In this document: piece by piece, positions 18,684 to 28,655 of the stretch | How the letters are laid out: the number at the start of each line of letters is the position of its first letter | Numbering within the stretch: position 1 is the stretch's first letter | Origin: a bacterium | GTDB taxonomy: Bacteria > Fidelibacterota > Fidelibacteria > Fidelibacterales > Fidelibacteraceae | Length of the DNA stretch: 64,000 bases | Reading direction: 5' to 3' | NCBI GenBank assembly: GCA_963676395.1 | Contig: OY781066.1 | Span: 576,001-640,000, forward strand | Made by a program: the position numbers and the translations under genes | Notes under the pieces: generated by a model | Told to the model about the DNA's origin: nothing | Databases searched by the model: none | Seen by the model: the letters and a program-made list of their open reading frames with translations, nothing else

Positions 18684-20234
18684 AGTCACAGCAAATGTAA
18701 ATATACTGTTATTATAGATCTTTGTGCTGCCACTTTCATTTTTTGCACTAATCTCATACTTAACACTATTAACCGAATCTATGGTTAATATCTCCGGATA
18801 GGCACTTATGTCACTCAATTCGATCACATGGATCATCAAAGTATCAATATCATTTTTATAAGATGCGGTGATTCTACAATCTCCACTCAAATTATTCGAT
18901 GTGAATATATTTTCTAAAAAGGACCCCATTAATCCATCATAAGCAACATCAATTAAATCCCAGTCACTTATATTTTTAGGATTATAATATTCATCCCATG
19001 CAGTTATCCCCACATTTACCGAAGTATTCTTATAGATCGCTATACTATCTTTGGCAATTTGAATATGCTCCATATCGCCGGTTTGAGAAGATGAGTAACA
19101 TAATACAGCATTCGCTACTGCCCGTTCTGCCCCATCTGAGGGGGAATTCTTAACGGAATGACGAACTACCATGGTCGATGATCCACCACCATCAAGATTA
19201 ACAGCATTCTTGATACCGATTGCCGACATAAAATCAACCAATTCATTCATCCCCATTCCAATACTAAATCCTGCCTGGCGCCCATCGACTACAACAAAAT
19301 ATATAACAGTTGAATCTTCATTAAACCCGATAACTGTCCTAGGATTTCGACCACTTAAATATGCCGACCAAACCCCTTCTTCAATTCCAGAGGCTTCAGC
19401 AACATTTATACCGTTTTCCATCATTTGGCAGGCACCACCCATATATTGAGTTATTTTCTCCACATCAGTGGAAAATCTTTGTACAATCCTGACTGTATCT
19501 CCGACCTGACAATATGATCGTAAAAATCCTGCACCTGTACCAGATCCTGATAAAACACATTTCCCCTCAGGAATCGAACGATTATTAGAAATAGAATCAA
19601 GAACCTCAACAACACATAGAACAGTATCATTTACATACCAATCCGTAACGGCAGACAGCAAGCATTCCGTTCCACCGGCGGATGTCCCCGTTGATGATCC
19701 AATATAATTGTTATATAGGCAAATCTCATCTTGTTCACATGCAAGGTTGATATTTGTTATAGCATAACTCTCTGCTCTATTTTCGGAAATGACAGATGCT
19801 GAAAACCAAGGGCGTAAAATCAGTCCCTTTTTCTCCTGAGCATAAGCAAATCCTTTTCTATGATTGAAAGGAGTATGGGTAAATTCACCATTGATCAAAC
19901 AAGGACTTAATGTCACACCATTTGATGTATCGTAAAAATCACCATTCACGGCACACACAGCTTGATGCCCACCTGAAGATGTTCTTTTTGAAACGGCACT
20001 TGTTGTTTCCTTCCCACTCATTTTATCAAAAGAAGTAGCGCATTCAACAGATAAATAAGAATTATTTAAATCCATTATTGATACATGTATTTGCATAGGC
20101 AAAGATTGATTTACATATTTTTTATATTCACAGCCCGGTCCAAATTTGTAGTTTTCTTGAACTTTATATCCACTCTGAGCAAACAAGATGGAATAGAATA
20201 ACATTACCATTAACACAAAAAGTTTATTTTTCAT
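17769..20234 (-). CDS. T9SS-secreted phosphodiester glycosidase (NAGPA family), paralog B
   Basis: AVNGDFY, NPRTVIG, VDGRQ, NLDGGGSS; last ~300 aa match paralog A except one residue (I/T). Confidence 0.88.
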   Translation of the reverse strand: MKNKLFVLMVMLFYSILFAQSGYKVQENYKFGPGCEYKKYVNQSLPMQIHVSIMDLNNSYLSVECATSFDKMSGKETTSAVSKRTSSGGHQAVCAVNGDFYDTSNGVTLSPCLINGEFTHTPFNHRKGFAYAQEKKGLILRPWFSASVISENRAESYAITNINLACEQDEICLYNNYIGSSTGTSAGGTECLLSAVTDWYVNDTVLCVVEVLDSISNNRSIPEGKCVLSGSGTGAGFLRSYCQVGDTVRIVQRFSTDVEKITQYMGGACQMMENGINVAEASGIEEGVWSAYLSGRNPRTVIGFNEDSTVIYFVVVDGRQAGFSIGMGMNELVDFMSAIGIKNAVNLDGGGSSTMVVRHSVKNSPSDGAERAVANAVLCYSSSQTGDMEHIQIAKDSIAIYKNTSVNVGITAWDEYYNPKNISDWDLIDVAYDGLMGSFLENIFTSNNLSGDCRITASYKNDIDTLMIHVIELSDISAYPEILTIDSVNSVKYEISAKNESGSTKIYNNSIFTFAVTDPTIAEIDSEGVIIGKQGGETDVVIAYGDETDTVRVRVQIGEGEIVVDEIESISAWNMRTDAYIDEANTSISLCDRSTGTGTKAIQVDYTRTGDEDGNIYLETNAIDLYGVPSDILIDVESDSNKNWIYALMEDNRGVEYSVKCASSLKYKNEYRTQYLDFSKMLPADGEQLYPLKFKGLRLRIDDKATSGSMYIDRVRVIYPTWTAIEDHDANVIPENFKLLQNYPNPFNPSTCIDFQLSSDAHVELSIYSLNGKKVATLLNGVRAAGNYSVHFDASDLAGGVYFYRLQAGNWVDTKKMLLIK

Positions 20235-20355
20235 CTAGATTCTCCCTGTTTTTAAAAAAGTCTGTAAATATACATCCATTATATATAATTAACATAACAC
20301 TTTATATTTTATATAATATTGATATGTATTTTACATCAAGTTTCTTAATAACAAT

Positions 20356-20383
20356 AAAAAAGCCTCTACCATAGTAGAGGCTT
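20356..20383 (-). terminator. intrinsic terminator of the ATPase operon
   Basis: AAGCCTCTAC-CATA-GTAGAGGCTT stem with a minus-strand U-tract. Confidence 0.75.
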
Positions 20384-20418
20384 AATTATCTGTAATAACG
20401 ATTTACGACTTAGATGTC

Positions 20419-20847
20419 TTATCCAACCATAAGCAGTAAGAAAACCATTACGAAAAGAGCAACAGTTTCAACAATACCGATAACCATAAAATAATTAGCA
20501 GTACCTTTACCGGTTTCAGCTAAAGCATCAGCGGCGCGGGCTGCGGCTTTTCCCTGCATCAAAGCAGAAAGACCCATTGCCAAACCACCGAATACTCCGG
20601 CGCCCAATAGACCTAATCCATTAGTTGAAGAAGAACCCAAGATAAAGTTCATCAGCAAGAAACCATAGATTGTCTGTGTTAGAGCAACACCGGCAAACGC
20701 AACCAACAAGAAAGGTGCGGGTTTATCGTTAAGAAAGCATTTTTTCCAACCACCGATAGCAGCCTGTGATGCCATACCTGTACCGAGAGCTGAACCCAAA
20801 GCAGCTAAACCAAGTGCTGCTGCAGCACCAAACATTTGAAGTTCCAT
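20419..20847 (-). CDS. ntpK: V/A-type ATP synthase subunit K (four-helix proteolipid)
   Basis: Four hydrophobic helices; TQTIYG, MQGK and VETVAL ion-binding motifs. Confidence 0.92.
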   Translation of the reverse strand: MELQMFGAAAALGLAALGSALGTGMASQAAIGGWKKCFLNDKPAPFLLVAFAGVALTQTIYGFLLMNFILGSSSTNGLGLLGAGVFGGLAMGLSALMQGKAAARAADALAETGKGTANYFMVIGIVETVALFVMVFLLLMVG

Positions 20848-20879
20848 TATAAAGTCTCCTTTAAGTCTAAATTAATTTT

Positions 20880-22673
20880 TTATTTTTTATCTTTGAACGG
20901 CTCATACTTATAGCCCGTCCATTCCAATCCTAATTGCCCGCTGAACTCAAGGAGATTCAAACGGATACCGTGAACCATCACGGAAAGCAAACCCATTACA
21001 AGATTCAAACCGTGACCGATCAATAGAACGATTATACCACCGACAATGGCGGGACCGTGCATTAGTCCGGATGCCATGCTATTGAATGAATCTGCAATCG
21101 CAACCGAAGCCATACCCACCGCAAACAAACGAATATATGAAATAATGTTTGAAAATGATGAGATCGAGTCAAGGAAAGTATTAAATGCTCCCCCTAATCC
21201 ACCGGCTACACCTTTTAAGAAACTTTTACCGGGTTCTTGTGCACTAAAAAGCACAACAAAGAGGAAACCGGATGCCATCAATGGCACAACTGCACCCATA
21301 AAAGCATCAAAAAAAGCAGGTTTATTATCACCGAGAACCAACTGCAAAACCAAAAGAAATGCACCCAGTGTCAAGTTCAGCCAACCAATATGTTCAAAAG
21401 CTTTTAATTTCGGCAGACTATCTATGAAATTCATAATACTAGCCAAGCCTAATTGAAATACGGCTAAGATAAAACAAATCAACTGTACATTATTTTGATC
21501 TCTTAGTGCATCAACAACCAAAGCATTCAAAAATGACCCTTCGGAAATTGATCCAAACCATGTTCCGGTAATAGCGCCCCAACCAATGGTCGTTAAACTC
21601 AAGACATACAATAAAATAATGATGTCTGGTAGTTTCTTACCACCTTTGGTGGTTTTAAATGTTGCAAAGATTGAAACAAGCAGGAAGATCATTCCATAAC
21701 CTGCATCACCAATGATCATAGCAACAAACACAGCAAAAAACAGAAGAAAATACATCGAAATATCTTTTTCACGATATCCGGGGGTTGTACCTAGGAAATC
21801 AAAGACAGGTTCAATGATCTTGATCCATTTTTTATTTTGTAATTTTGTGGGAGGATTATCACCTTCAGCAGGTGCCTCTTCAACGTATCCCCAGCCATTC
21901 TTAGCTGCAGCGATTTCAATAGCCTTTGCTTCTTCTACAGGAGCATACCCCTGTAGCCAGGCAATGCTTTCATCCATACCAAGGCCATTCTGTATATCGG
22001 CAAATTTCAATTCACCTTCCAGAGTCTCAATGTATGCATTTATCAGGTCGATACTGTCACGACTCGATTCAATGACCTTTTCTACCTTAGCCAGCTCCTT
22101 CTCTGTTTTATCGATAGTAGCAAGAACATCGTCGTATGCCATTTCGGGAACCGAAACGGGACGATAATCCAATACCTCTTCAGAATCTTGAGAGAGCATA
22201 GCAATCTTAACACTTTCTTTTGTTTCTGAAAGTGCAAAGAGGTTTTCTTTTTCCTGTTCAAGCTTCCACGCCGTAGGCGAAAGTTGATACAGCTTAATGT
22301 AAAATCCCTTTTCTTCAAGTGAAGCCAAGTCTTTAAGTGATACTTTTGACCACTCATCATACCAAGCTTCTGCATCCTTCAAAACGTCAAGTTCACGTCT
22401 GAGATTTAATCGAGTTTGTGTAGCTTCGAGCAGATCATCAACGATCTTAGCAGCTTTGCCTTTACTCTTCTGCTTTACCTCTTCGACCTCACCGAGTACA
22501 AGTAATATGCGACGTGTATTTTCAATACGCGCCTCAAGTTCGGACATATCGCCTGAAGGAGGATTTGGAAGGGGTTTTACATGCAAAAGGCCCAGCTTAC
22601 GAAGAGACTTCAACGCAGACTTGGAGGAAGCTTCATCCACAAGCAGGGTTATTTTTGACATTTTTACAATCAT
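20880..22673 (-). CDS. ntpI: V/A-type ATP synthase subunit I
   Basis: MIVKMSK start, MIIGDAGYG, SYIRLFAVG, HGIRLNLLEF. Confidence 0.93.
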   Translation of the reverse strand: MIVKMSKITLLVDEASSKSALKSLRKLGLLHVKPLPNPPSGDMSELEARIENTRRILLVLGEVEEVKQKSKGKAAKIVDDLLEATQTRLNLRRELDVLKDAEAWYDEWSKVSLKDLASLEEKGFYIKLYQLSPTAWKLEQEKENLFALSETKESVKIAMLSQDSEEVLDYRPVSVPEMAYDDVLATIDKTEKELAKVEKVIESSRDSIDLINAYIETLEGELKFADIQNGLGMDESIAWLQGYAPVEEAKAIEIAAAKNGWGYVEEAPAEGDNPPTKLQNKKWIKIIEPVFDFLGTTPGYREKDISMYFLLFFAVFVAMIIGDAGYGMIFLLVSIFATFKTTKGGKKLPDIIILLYVLSLTTIGWGAITGTWFGSISEGSFLNALVVDALRDQNNVQLICFILAVFQLGLASIMNFIDSLPKLKAFEHIGWLNLTLGAFLLVLQLVLGDNKPAFFDAFMGAVVPLMASGFLFVVLFSAQEPGKSFLKGVAGGLGGAFNTFLDSISSFSNIISYIRLFAVGMASVAIADSFNSMASGLMHGPAIVGGIIVLLIGHGLNLVMGLLSVMVHGIRLNLLEFSGQLGLEWTGYKYEPFKDKK

Positions 22674-22690
22674 GTATAGCCTCTTCGCGC

Positions 22691-23302
22691 TTAAGCGCTT
22701 TCTTCCATTTTTTTCTTTTCTATCTTGTTCTTAGATATCTTACCGCGAACAACCGCTGCGGTATCCTGATCGCCCATAAAGATCTGGATCTTTTTGATCG
22801 CTTCTTTTGTGCGGGGAATCATAACCTTATCGAACAAGTTGATGCGTTGTACCGTAGTACGTAATTCTTCATGGATCAAAGCTTCCTGTTTTGAGAGAAC
22901 TTCCATTTCTTTTTCATTTGCAACGGTTTCTTTTACCGCTTCAAGACCGGAGTCCACCCACAAAGGATAAGCCATCAAATCATAACTCTTTTCTTCGAAT
23001 TCAAGTCCTTTGAAAAGAGGAATGTTAATACCTGCAATATTACCTGTATCAGTGATAACTTCTTTGAGTTCCAAAAGGGATACAACATCCACGTCTTCGG
23101 CAAACACGCCGATCCATGATGCCAACTTAGCTTTCACAGCATCTAATGCATCGCGTTTTGCTTGAATCTCATCGTGAATACGACGGATCTCAGCAAGCAG
23201 CTGCTGCTTCTTCAGCTCAAGAGTCGGCAGATAACGCGTATATCGTTTTAACGCATCCTTCTGTTTTTTTAACTCATTTTTTGTCAGTTTAATCGTTGCC
23301 AT
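22691..23302 (-). CDS. ntpD: V/A-type ATP synthase subunit D
   Basis: LPTLELKK, TTVQRINLFDKVMIP; position in operon. Confidence 0.92.
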   Translation of the reverse strand: MATIKLTKNELKKQKDALKRYTRYLPTLELKKQQLLAEIRRIHDEIQAKRDALDAVKAKLASWIGVFAEDVDVVSLLELKEVITDTGNIAGINIPLFKGLEFEEKSYDLMAYPLWVDSGLEAVKETVANEKEMEVLSKQEALIHEELRTTVQRINLFDKVMIPRTKEAIKKIQIFMGDQDTAAVVRGKISKNKIEKKKMEESA

Positions 23303-23340
23303 ATATTCCTCTCACAGTCATAGACTGCGTGAATTGAAAA

Positions 23341-24636
23341 CTATGATTGTGGCCAATACTTATCGGTTAAGCTTGTACGGAAACCGACTTCTTCTTTTTC
23401 AAAGCATTCAGCTAGAATATTCCAACCGGCATCCAAAGCATCTTCCAATGCAACATTAACCGATAGATCCATCATCTGTTTTTCAAACAAGCCACCGTAT
23501 TTCAACAGTTTCTGATCCCAATCACTCATCCGGAAACCCATTGAGCGTTTTTCTTCGGTTTCGAGATACTGAGAATACAACTGGATCATTCCATCCATAA
23601 TATCACGGTGATCATCTCGAGTATCTTTGTTCACCTGTTGTTTCAAACGTGATAGAGAACCAAAAGGCTCAATACGTCCGTTACGCAGGTAGAACTGACC
23701 CTCTGTAATGTAACCGGTATTATCGGGGACAGGGTGAGTCACATCATCACCAGGCATGGTTGTAGCGGCCAAAACTGTTACAGAACCGGCACCTTCAAAG
23801 TCCACAGCCTTTTCATAACGTGATGCCAACTGAGAATATAGATCTCCCGGATAGCCACGGTTCGAAGGAACCTGCTCCATGGTAATAGCAATCTCTTTCA
23901 TTGAATCGGCAAAGTTTGTCATATCTGTCAATAAAACCAAAACATCTTTACCTTTAAGGGCAAACTGTTCGGCAACGGCAAGACAAAGATCTGGAACCAT
24001 CATACCTTCCACAACAGGATCAGATGCTGTGTGCATGAAAAAGATAGAACGACTCAAAGCACCACCTTTTTCTAATTCGCTACGAAAGTACATGTATTCA
24101 TCAAATTTCAGACCGATACCACCCAGGATAATCATATCAACTTCTGCCTGCAAAGCAATACGTGCAAGCAACTCGTTATAAGGTTCACCCGATACTGAGA
24201 AGATCGGCAATTTTTGTGATACCACCAATGAGTTAAAAAGATCGATCATAGGAATGTTCGTTCTAATCATACGGGTGGGAATAATACGTTTAGCAGGGTT
24301 AACGGAGGGGCCCCCGATCTCGATAAGGTTTTCGTTCAAGGCGGGACCATTATCTTTCGGCTGACCTGAACCGTCGAAAATACGACCAAGCATATCATCG
24401 GAGAAAGACACTTTCATGGGAGAACCCAAGAAGCGAACTTCATCATTCGTGGAAATACCACGAGAACCGGCAAACACCTGAAGTGAGATCAAATCTCTAT
24501 CGATCTTAATAACCTTTGCAAGTGAAGTGCCACGGCGAGTTTTAACTTCCGCAAGCTCTTCGTTGCTAACACCTTCGGCACGAACTGAAATCACGTTGCC
24601 GACAATGCTCAAGATCTTATTATATACTTTTTTCAT
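23341..24636 (-). CDS. ntpB: V/A-type ATP synthase subunit B
   Basis: [39 protein letters not shown]. Confidence 0.95.
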   Translation of the reverse strand: MKKVYNKILSIVGNVISVRAEGVSNEELAEVKTRRGTSLAKVIKIDRDLISLQVFAGSRGISTNDEVRFLGSPMKVSFSDDMLGRIFDGSGQPKDNGPALNENLIEIGGPSVNPAKRIIPTRMIRTNIPMIDLFNSLVVSQKLPIFSVSGEPYNELLARIALQAEVDMIILGGIGLKFDEYMYFRSELEKGGALSRSIFFMHTASDPVVEGMMVPDLCLAVAEQFALKGKDVLVLLTDMTNFADSMKEIAITMEQVPSNRGYPGDLYSQLASRYEKAVDFEGAGSVTVLAATTMPGDDVTHPVPDNTGYITEGQFYLRNGRIEPFGSLSRLKQQVNKDTRDDHRDIMDGMIQLYSQYLETEEKRSMGFRMSDWDQKLLKYGGLFEKQMMDLSVNVALEDALDAGWNILAECFEKEEVGFRTSLTDKYWPQS

Positions 24637-24651
24637 TTATTTTCAGCTCCT

Positions 24652-26385
24652 TTAGTCTGAGACCTTAGATTTGACATGAGCATCAAGTTTCTTTTCTTGA
24701 GCTTTATATTCTTCAGAATTGAATTCGGTATAGTTCCAATCCAAAGTCAGCTGACGTAATTCGTTAAAGTACTGACGAGCCTGTGTCTTTGTTTCGAATT
24801 CGAAATCAGCAAAAAGAATATTGTAAACTTTATCAAAAATATATTCCTGACGTTCAGGTAAACACGCACCATCAACAGGATCAAAACTATTTTGTTGCAT
24901 ATAAACGGCATCAAGATATTCGCTTTTAAGATAGTAGATGAAATCGTTTACAGATGTACCTTCTTCACCCACAACCATCATCATCTGGCGAACTTCGTCC
25001 CCACGTCTCAAAATACCATGCGCATTTTTTACTTTTTCAATAGGAATAATACCCTGGTACTTGGTCCAAGAATCCATAGGATCAATGGCCGGATATTTAC
25101 GGGCATCGGATCTGGCTCTTGAAAGCCCGTGGAATGCACCAACCACTTTCAAAGTCGCCTGAGTCACCGGTTCTTCAAAGTTACCACCTGCCGGAGAAAC
25201 GGTACCTCCAATAGTCATTGAACCGTGAGAACCATCTTGCAATTCAACGTAGCCTGCACGTTCATAGAACTCAGCAATACGAGATTCAAGATAAGCGGGG
25301 AACGCTTCTTCTCCGGGGATCTCTTCCAAACGACCTGATAGCTCACGCATAGCCTGTGCCCAACGTGATGTTGAGTCTGCCAATACAAGAACATCTAAAC
25401 CCATCTGACGATAGTATTCTCCAAGCGTTGTAGCGGTGTATACCGAAGCTTCACGAGCAGCTACCGGCATTGAAGAAGTATTACAAATAATAATTGTTCT
25501 TTCCATCAATGAACGACCAGTCTTTGGATCAACCAATTCAGGGAATTCACGAAGTGTTTCCACCACCTCACCCGCACGTTCACCACAAGCAGCGATAATC
25601 ACGATATCAACGGATGCGTTACGGGAAGTTACCTGCTGAAGCACTGTTTTACCTGCGCCGAAAGGACCGGGAATACAGTATGTTCCACCTTTAGCTACAG
25701 GAAAGTAAGTATCAACGATACGAACTTGGGTAACCATGGGTTCTTGAGGAACCTTCTTTTCGGCGTAGGCGGTAATAGGAATTTTTACCGGCCATTCAAA
25801 GGTCATAGATACTTTAATTTCTTCACCTTTGGTATCGGCAATAACGGCAACTGTATCCGAAATCTTATAATCGCCTTCAGCAACAACAGACTTAACTGTA
25901 TATTCACCTTCTTTGTCAAAAGGAACCATGATCTTATGCTGGAACATACCTTCGGGAACCCAACCAAGCGGCGACCCTTTGTACACAACATCACCTTCTT
26001 TGGCAAGAGGTGTAAAATGCCATTTTTTTTCAAAATCAATGGGATCTAGAACCACACCGCGAGGCAAAAAGAAACCATGCTCTTCGGCTAATGCGGGAAG
26101 AGGGTTCTGCAAACCGTCATAAACCTGAGACAAAATACCGGGGCCCAGCTTAACTGAGAGCAATTCACCGGTAAACTCAACTTCGTCTCCGACTTTCAAA
26201 CCTTTGGTAACCTCATATACCTGCAAGAATGCAGAATTATTAGTGATCTTAATTACCTCAGATTTTAACTTTTCATTACCAATCAGCACATATCCAACCT
26301 CATTTTGGATAACGCTATCCTCAAATGCAACCTCGATCATATTTCCGTTGACCGAAATGATATGTCCTATATTTTTATTGGCCAT
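24652..26385 (-). CDS. ntpA: V/A-type ATP synthase catalytic subunit A
   Basis: PGPFGAGKTV Walker A, CGERAGE, NTSSMPVAAREAS, ADSTSRWA, SPAGGNFEEPVT. Confidence 0.96.
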   Translation of the reverse strand: MANKNIGHIISVNGNMIEVAFEDSVIQNEVGYVLIGNEKLKSEVIKITNNSAFLQVYEVTKGLKVGDEVEFTGELLSVKLGPGILSQVYDGLQNPLPALAEEHGFFLPRGVVLDPIDFEKKWHFTPLAKEGDVVYKGSPLGWVPEGMFQHKIMVPFDKEGEYTVKSVVAEGDYKISDTVAVIADTKGEEIKVSMTFEWPVKIPITAYAEKKVPQEPMVTQVRIVDTYFPVAKGGTYCIPGPFGAGKTVLQQVTSRNASVDIVIIAACGERAGEVVETLREFPELVDPKTGRSLMERTIIICNTSSMPVAAREASVYTATTLGEYYRQMGLDVLVLADSTSRWAQAMRELSGRLEEIPGEEAFPAYLESRIAEFYERAGYVELQDGSHGSMTIGGTVSPAGGNFEEPVTQATLKVVGAFHGLSRARSDARKYPAIDPMDSWTKYQGIIPIEKVKNAHGILRRGDEVRQMMMVVGEEGTSVNDFIYYLKSEYLDAVYMQQNSFDPVDGACLPERQEYIFDKVYNILFADFEFETKTQARQYFNELRQLTLDWNYTEFNSEEYKAQEKKLDAHVKSKVSD

Positions 26386-26410
26386 TTGAACTCCATTTCA
26401 GGAAGCCGTC

Positions 26411-26926
26411 CTAAGACGCTTCCACTATATTTTCAATGTTAACTTTGATTAATTCTTCAAAAGCTTTCTCACCCGATTCCTGCTTGAATGAATTTACTCG
26501 TCTCAAGAGTTGTAATTTCAAATAATAAAGTACAAAAAAATCAAGATCGGAATAATGTGCAAATTCACGTTCATCCAACCAATCCCAACGATACTTGATG
26601 AGTTTCATTTCAATTTCAAGGGGATTGCCGTCTTTTACCAAAGAAGCCGGTAAGGTTGCAAATTTATATTCATAACCTTCTTTTGCTGCTTTGCGATATT
26701 CGGCCAGTTCGGTTCTTAGCGTATTTTCAAAGACTAGATAATCACTATATACACCCTTTATGCTCTTGGGTTCATAGCTATCAGCTAATATTTCTTTCAT
26801 ATGAAGAAAATCTGCTTCCGACATCTGAGCTTCAGCTGCTTCGAGAAAAACTTCCTCAGTCATTAGCTGCTCTTCTCCCCACTGTAAGGTAGGCATCGTA
26901 GCGGCTAGATAGATGTATTTATCCAT
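26411..26926 (-). CDS. DUF2764-like protein, truncated subunit C analogue of E-x-A-B-D-I-K operons
   Basis: Lies between E and A; YLAATMPTL N-terminus and RWDWLDE...YYLKLQLL C-terminus. Confidence 0.7.
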   Translation of the reverse strand: MDKYIYLAATMPTLQWGEEQLMTEEVFLEAAEAQMSEADFLHMKEILADSYEPKSIKGVYSDYLVFENTLRTELAEYRKAAKEGYEYKFATLPASLVKDGNPLEIEMKLIKYRWDWLDEREFAHYSDLDFFVLYYLKLQLLRRVNSFKQESGEKAFEELIKVNIENIVEAS

Positions 26927-26939
26927 TAGATAATCTCGT

Positions 26940-27530
26940 TTACTTTAATATCTCAGCCAATTTAGGATTTAGGAACACCCTAAGTGCTTCTAAAAGACTT
27001 TCATCACTGAAATCATAGAAAAGGTTATCACCTTTTTTACCAATTCGAAATCCATGAGAGATCTTCTTGTCTAACTTAATCTCAACATCATTTTCTACAG
27101 TCTTGCTGAGAGATTTTTTCAATTGAGCCGTCAATGTATCAATATCAACGCCGCTTGCAAGAATTTCCAAATCACCGTCTTTAGCCATAGTTTCAGCAAC
27201 TTTCGCGATCAGCTCTTTCATAAAATCTTGATCAAGTGTCGCATCAACTTCATTCAAAAGAGCCTGTTCAAGAATAGCGGTCACTTTTTCCTTTAAGACA
27301 AGAATAGTGTCACGCGCAGCTTGTTGAATGGCAACTTCAGCATTCTTCTGATAGGCTTCGGCTTCGGCTTCGGCTTTTTTCTGAAAAGCATCTGCTTCGG
27401 CTTTAGCTTTTTTTACGATATCGTCAGCTTTTTTCTTCGCAGTCGCAAGAATTTCTTCCGTCTGCTTATTTGCTGCATCAACACCATCAGCTTTTATTTT
27501 TTCAATCAGGCTGTCAAGTTTGACGTTCAT
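26940..27530 (-). CDS. ntpE: V/A-type ATP synthase subunit E
   Basis: KLDSLIEKIKADGV, alanine/lysine coiled coil, GFRIG...YDFSDE...FLNPKL. Confidence 0.85.
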   Translation of the reverse strand: MNVKLDSLIEKIKADGVDAANKQTEEILATAKKKADDIVKKAKAEADAFQKKAEAEAEAYQKNAEVAIQQAARDTILVLKEKVTAILEQALLNEVDATLDQDFMKELIAKVAETMAKDGDLEILASGVDIDTLTAQLKKSLSKTVENDVEIKLDKKISHGFRIGKKGDNLFYDFSDESLLEALRVFLNPKLAEILK

Positions 27531-27895
27531 TACTTCTCCTCTGATTCAACTATTTTAGTTTTCTTCTCGTTGACTTGCATTTTTCCGGAGATCTGAGCGC
27601 CTTCTTCAACAATAAGTTTTTTAGTGATCAAATCACCTGAAAAATCAGATTTCACACCTAAAACGATCTTTTCTTCGGCACGAATGCCTTTCGTTACTTT
27701 TCCATTAAGATGAACTTCTTTGGCTGTAACGCTGCCGTCAACAAGTCCGCCCTCGGGAATTCGAACAACTCCTTTGGCATTAATATTATTCTTTACGGTT
27801 CCACCGACAATAATGTCACCATTAACGTGAACCTGACCATCAACCACCGTATTGGTTCCGATGATGGTGTAAGTTGGTTTTTCTTTTGATGTCAT
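27530..27895 (-). CDS. bactofilin (polymer-forming cytoskeletal protein)
   Basis: TIIGTNTVVDG...GDLITKKLIVEEGAQISG beta-helix repeats. Confidence 0.88.
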   Translation of the reverse strand: MTSKEKPTYTIIGTNTVVDGQVHVNGDIIVGGTVKNNINAKGVVRIPEGGLVDGSVTAKEVHLNGKVTKGIRAEEKIVLGVKSDFSGDLITKKLIVEEGAQISGKMQVNEKKTKIVESEEK

Positions 27896-27905
27896 TTATA
27901 GTACC

Positions 27906-28655
27906 TCAGTTATTGATCATGTACTCGGGAATGACCTTTTGGGGGTCAAGTGCTATCCCGTGGTGCCAGACTTCGAAATGGAGATGTGGACCCATACTAT
28001 AACCAGTTTCGCCTAGCAAAGCGATGAGCTCGCCTTTTTTTACCCTTTGTCGTTCCCGAACTTTCAAACGGTCATTATGGCCGTAAACGGTAATATAATC
28101 ATCGGGATGTGAAATGACAACCATATTTCCCAATTCAGGAGTCCATCCAGCAAATACCACAAATCCATCGGCAGATGCTACGACCGGATCGCCGGTTTTA
28201 CCACTGATATCTATTCCATAATGCTTACGGGGACCTGATGTATACTTTTTAGTAATAGGGCCGGATACCGGGGCTTGTTCAGGACGTTTTGACAATAATT
28301 TTAACTCATGGGATTCGGAACCTGCATCTAAAAGCGCTGAATAATCTGAAGATTCAGAGTTAAGTTCCAAGCCAATTAATTCTCTCATATATGTATTGAA
28401 TTGCTTCATTTTATTTACATCTTGAAGCAATGCATTTAATACTTTTTCTTGTGATTGGAATGTAGATATTTTGTTTCGGTATTCAGAATATTTTGTAGCG
28501 CGAGGTACCAAAATAAAAAGAGAAACAATGATCGCCAATACCAAACAGACTGCAAAAATTTGAAAAAAAGTAAATAACCTATGATCTATTGAAAATGTTT
28601 TTTGATCTTTTTCTTCTCGTGGAATAAAAATGAATGTAATTTTATCTGACTTCAT
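27906..28655 (-). CDS. M23-family peptidoglycan endopeptidase, membrane-anchored
   Basis: HYGID and HLHFEV zinc motifs; N-terminal TM helix and coiled coil. Confidence 0.9.
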   Translation of the reverse strand: MKSDKITFIFIPREEKDQKTFSIDHRLFTFFQIFAVCLVLAIIVSLFILVPRATKYSEYRNKISTFQSQEKVLNALLQDVNKMKQFNTYMRELIGLELNSESSDYSALLDAGSESHELKLLSKRPEQAPVSGPITKKYTSGPRKHYGIDISGKTGDPVVASADGFVVFAGWTPELGNMVVISHPDDYITVYGHNDRLKVRERQRVKKGELIALLGETGYSMGPHLHFEVWHHGIALDPQKVIPEYMINN

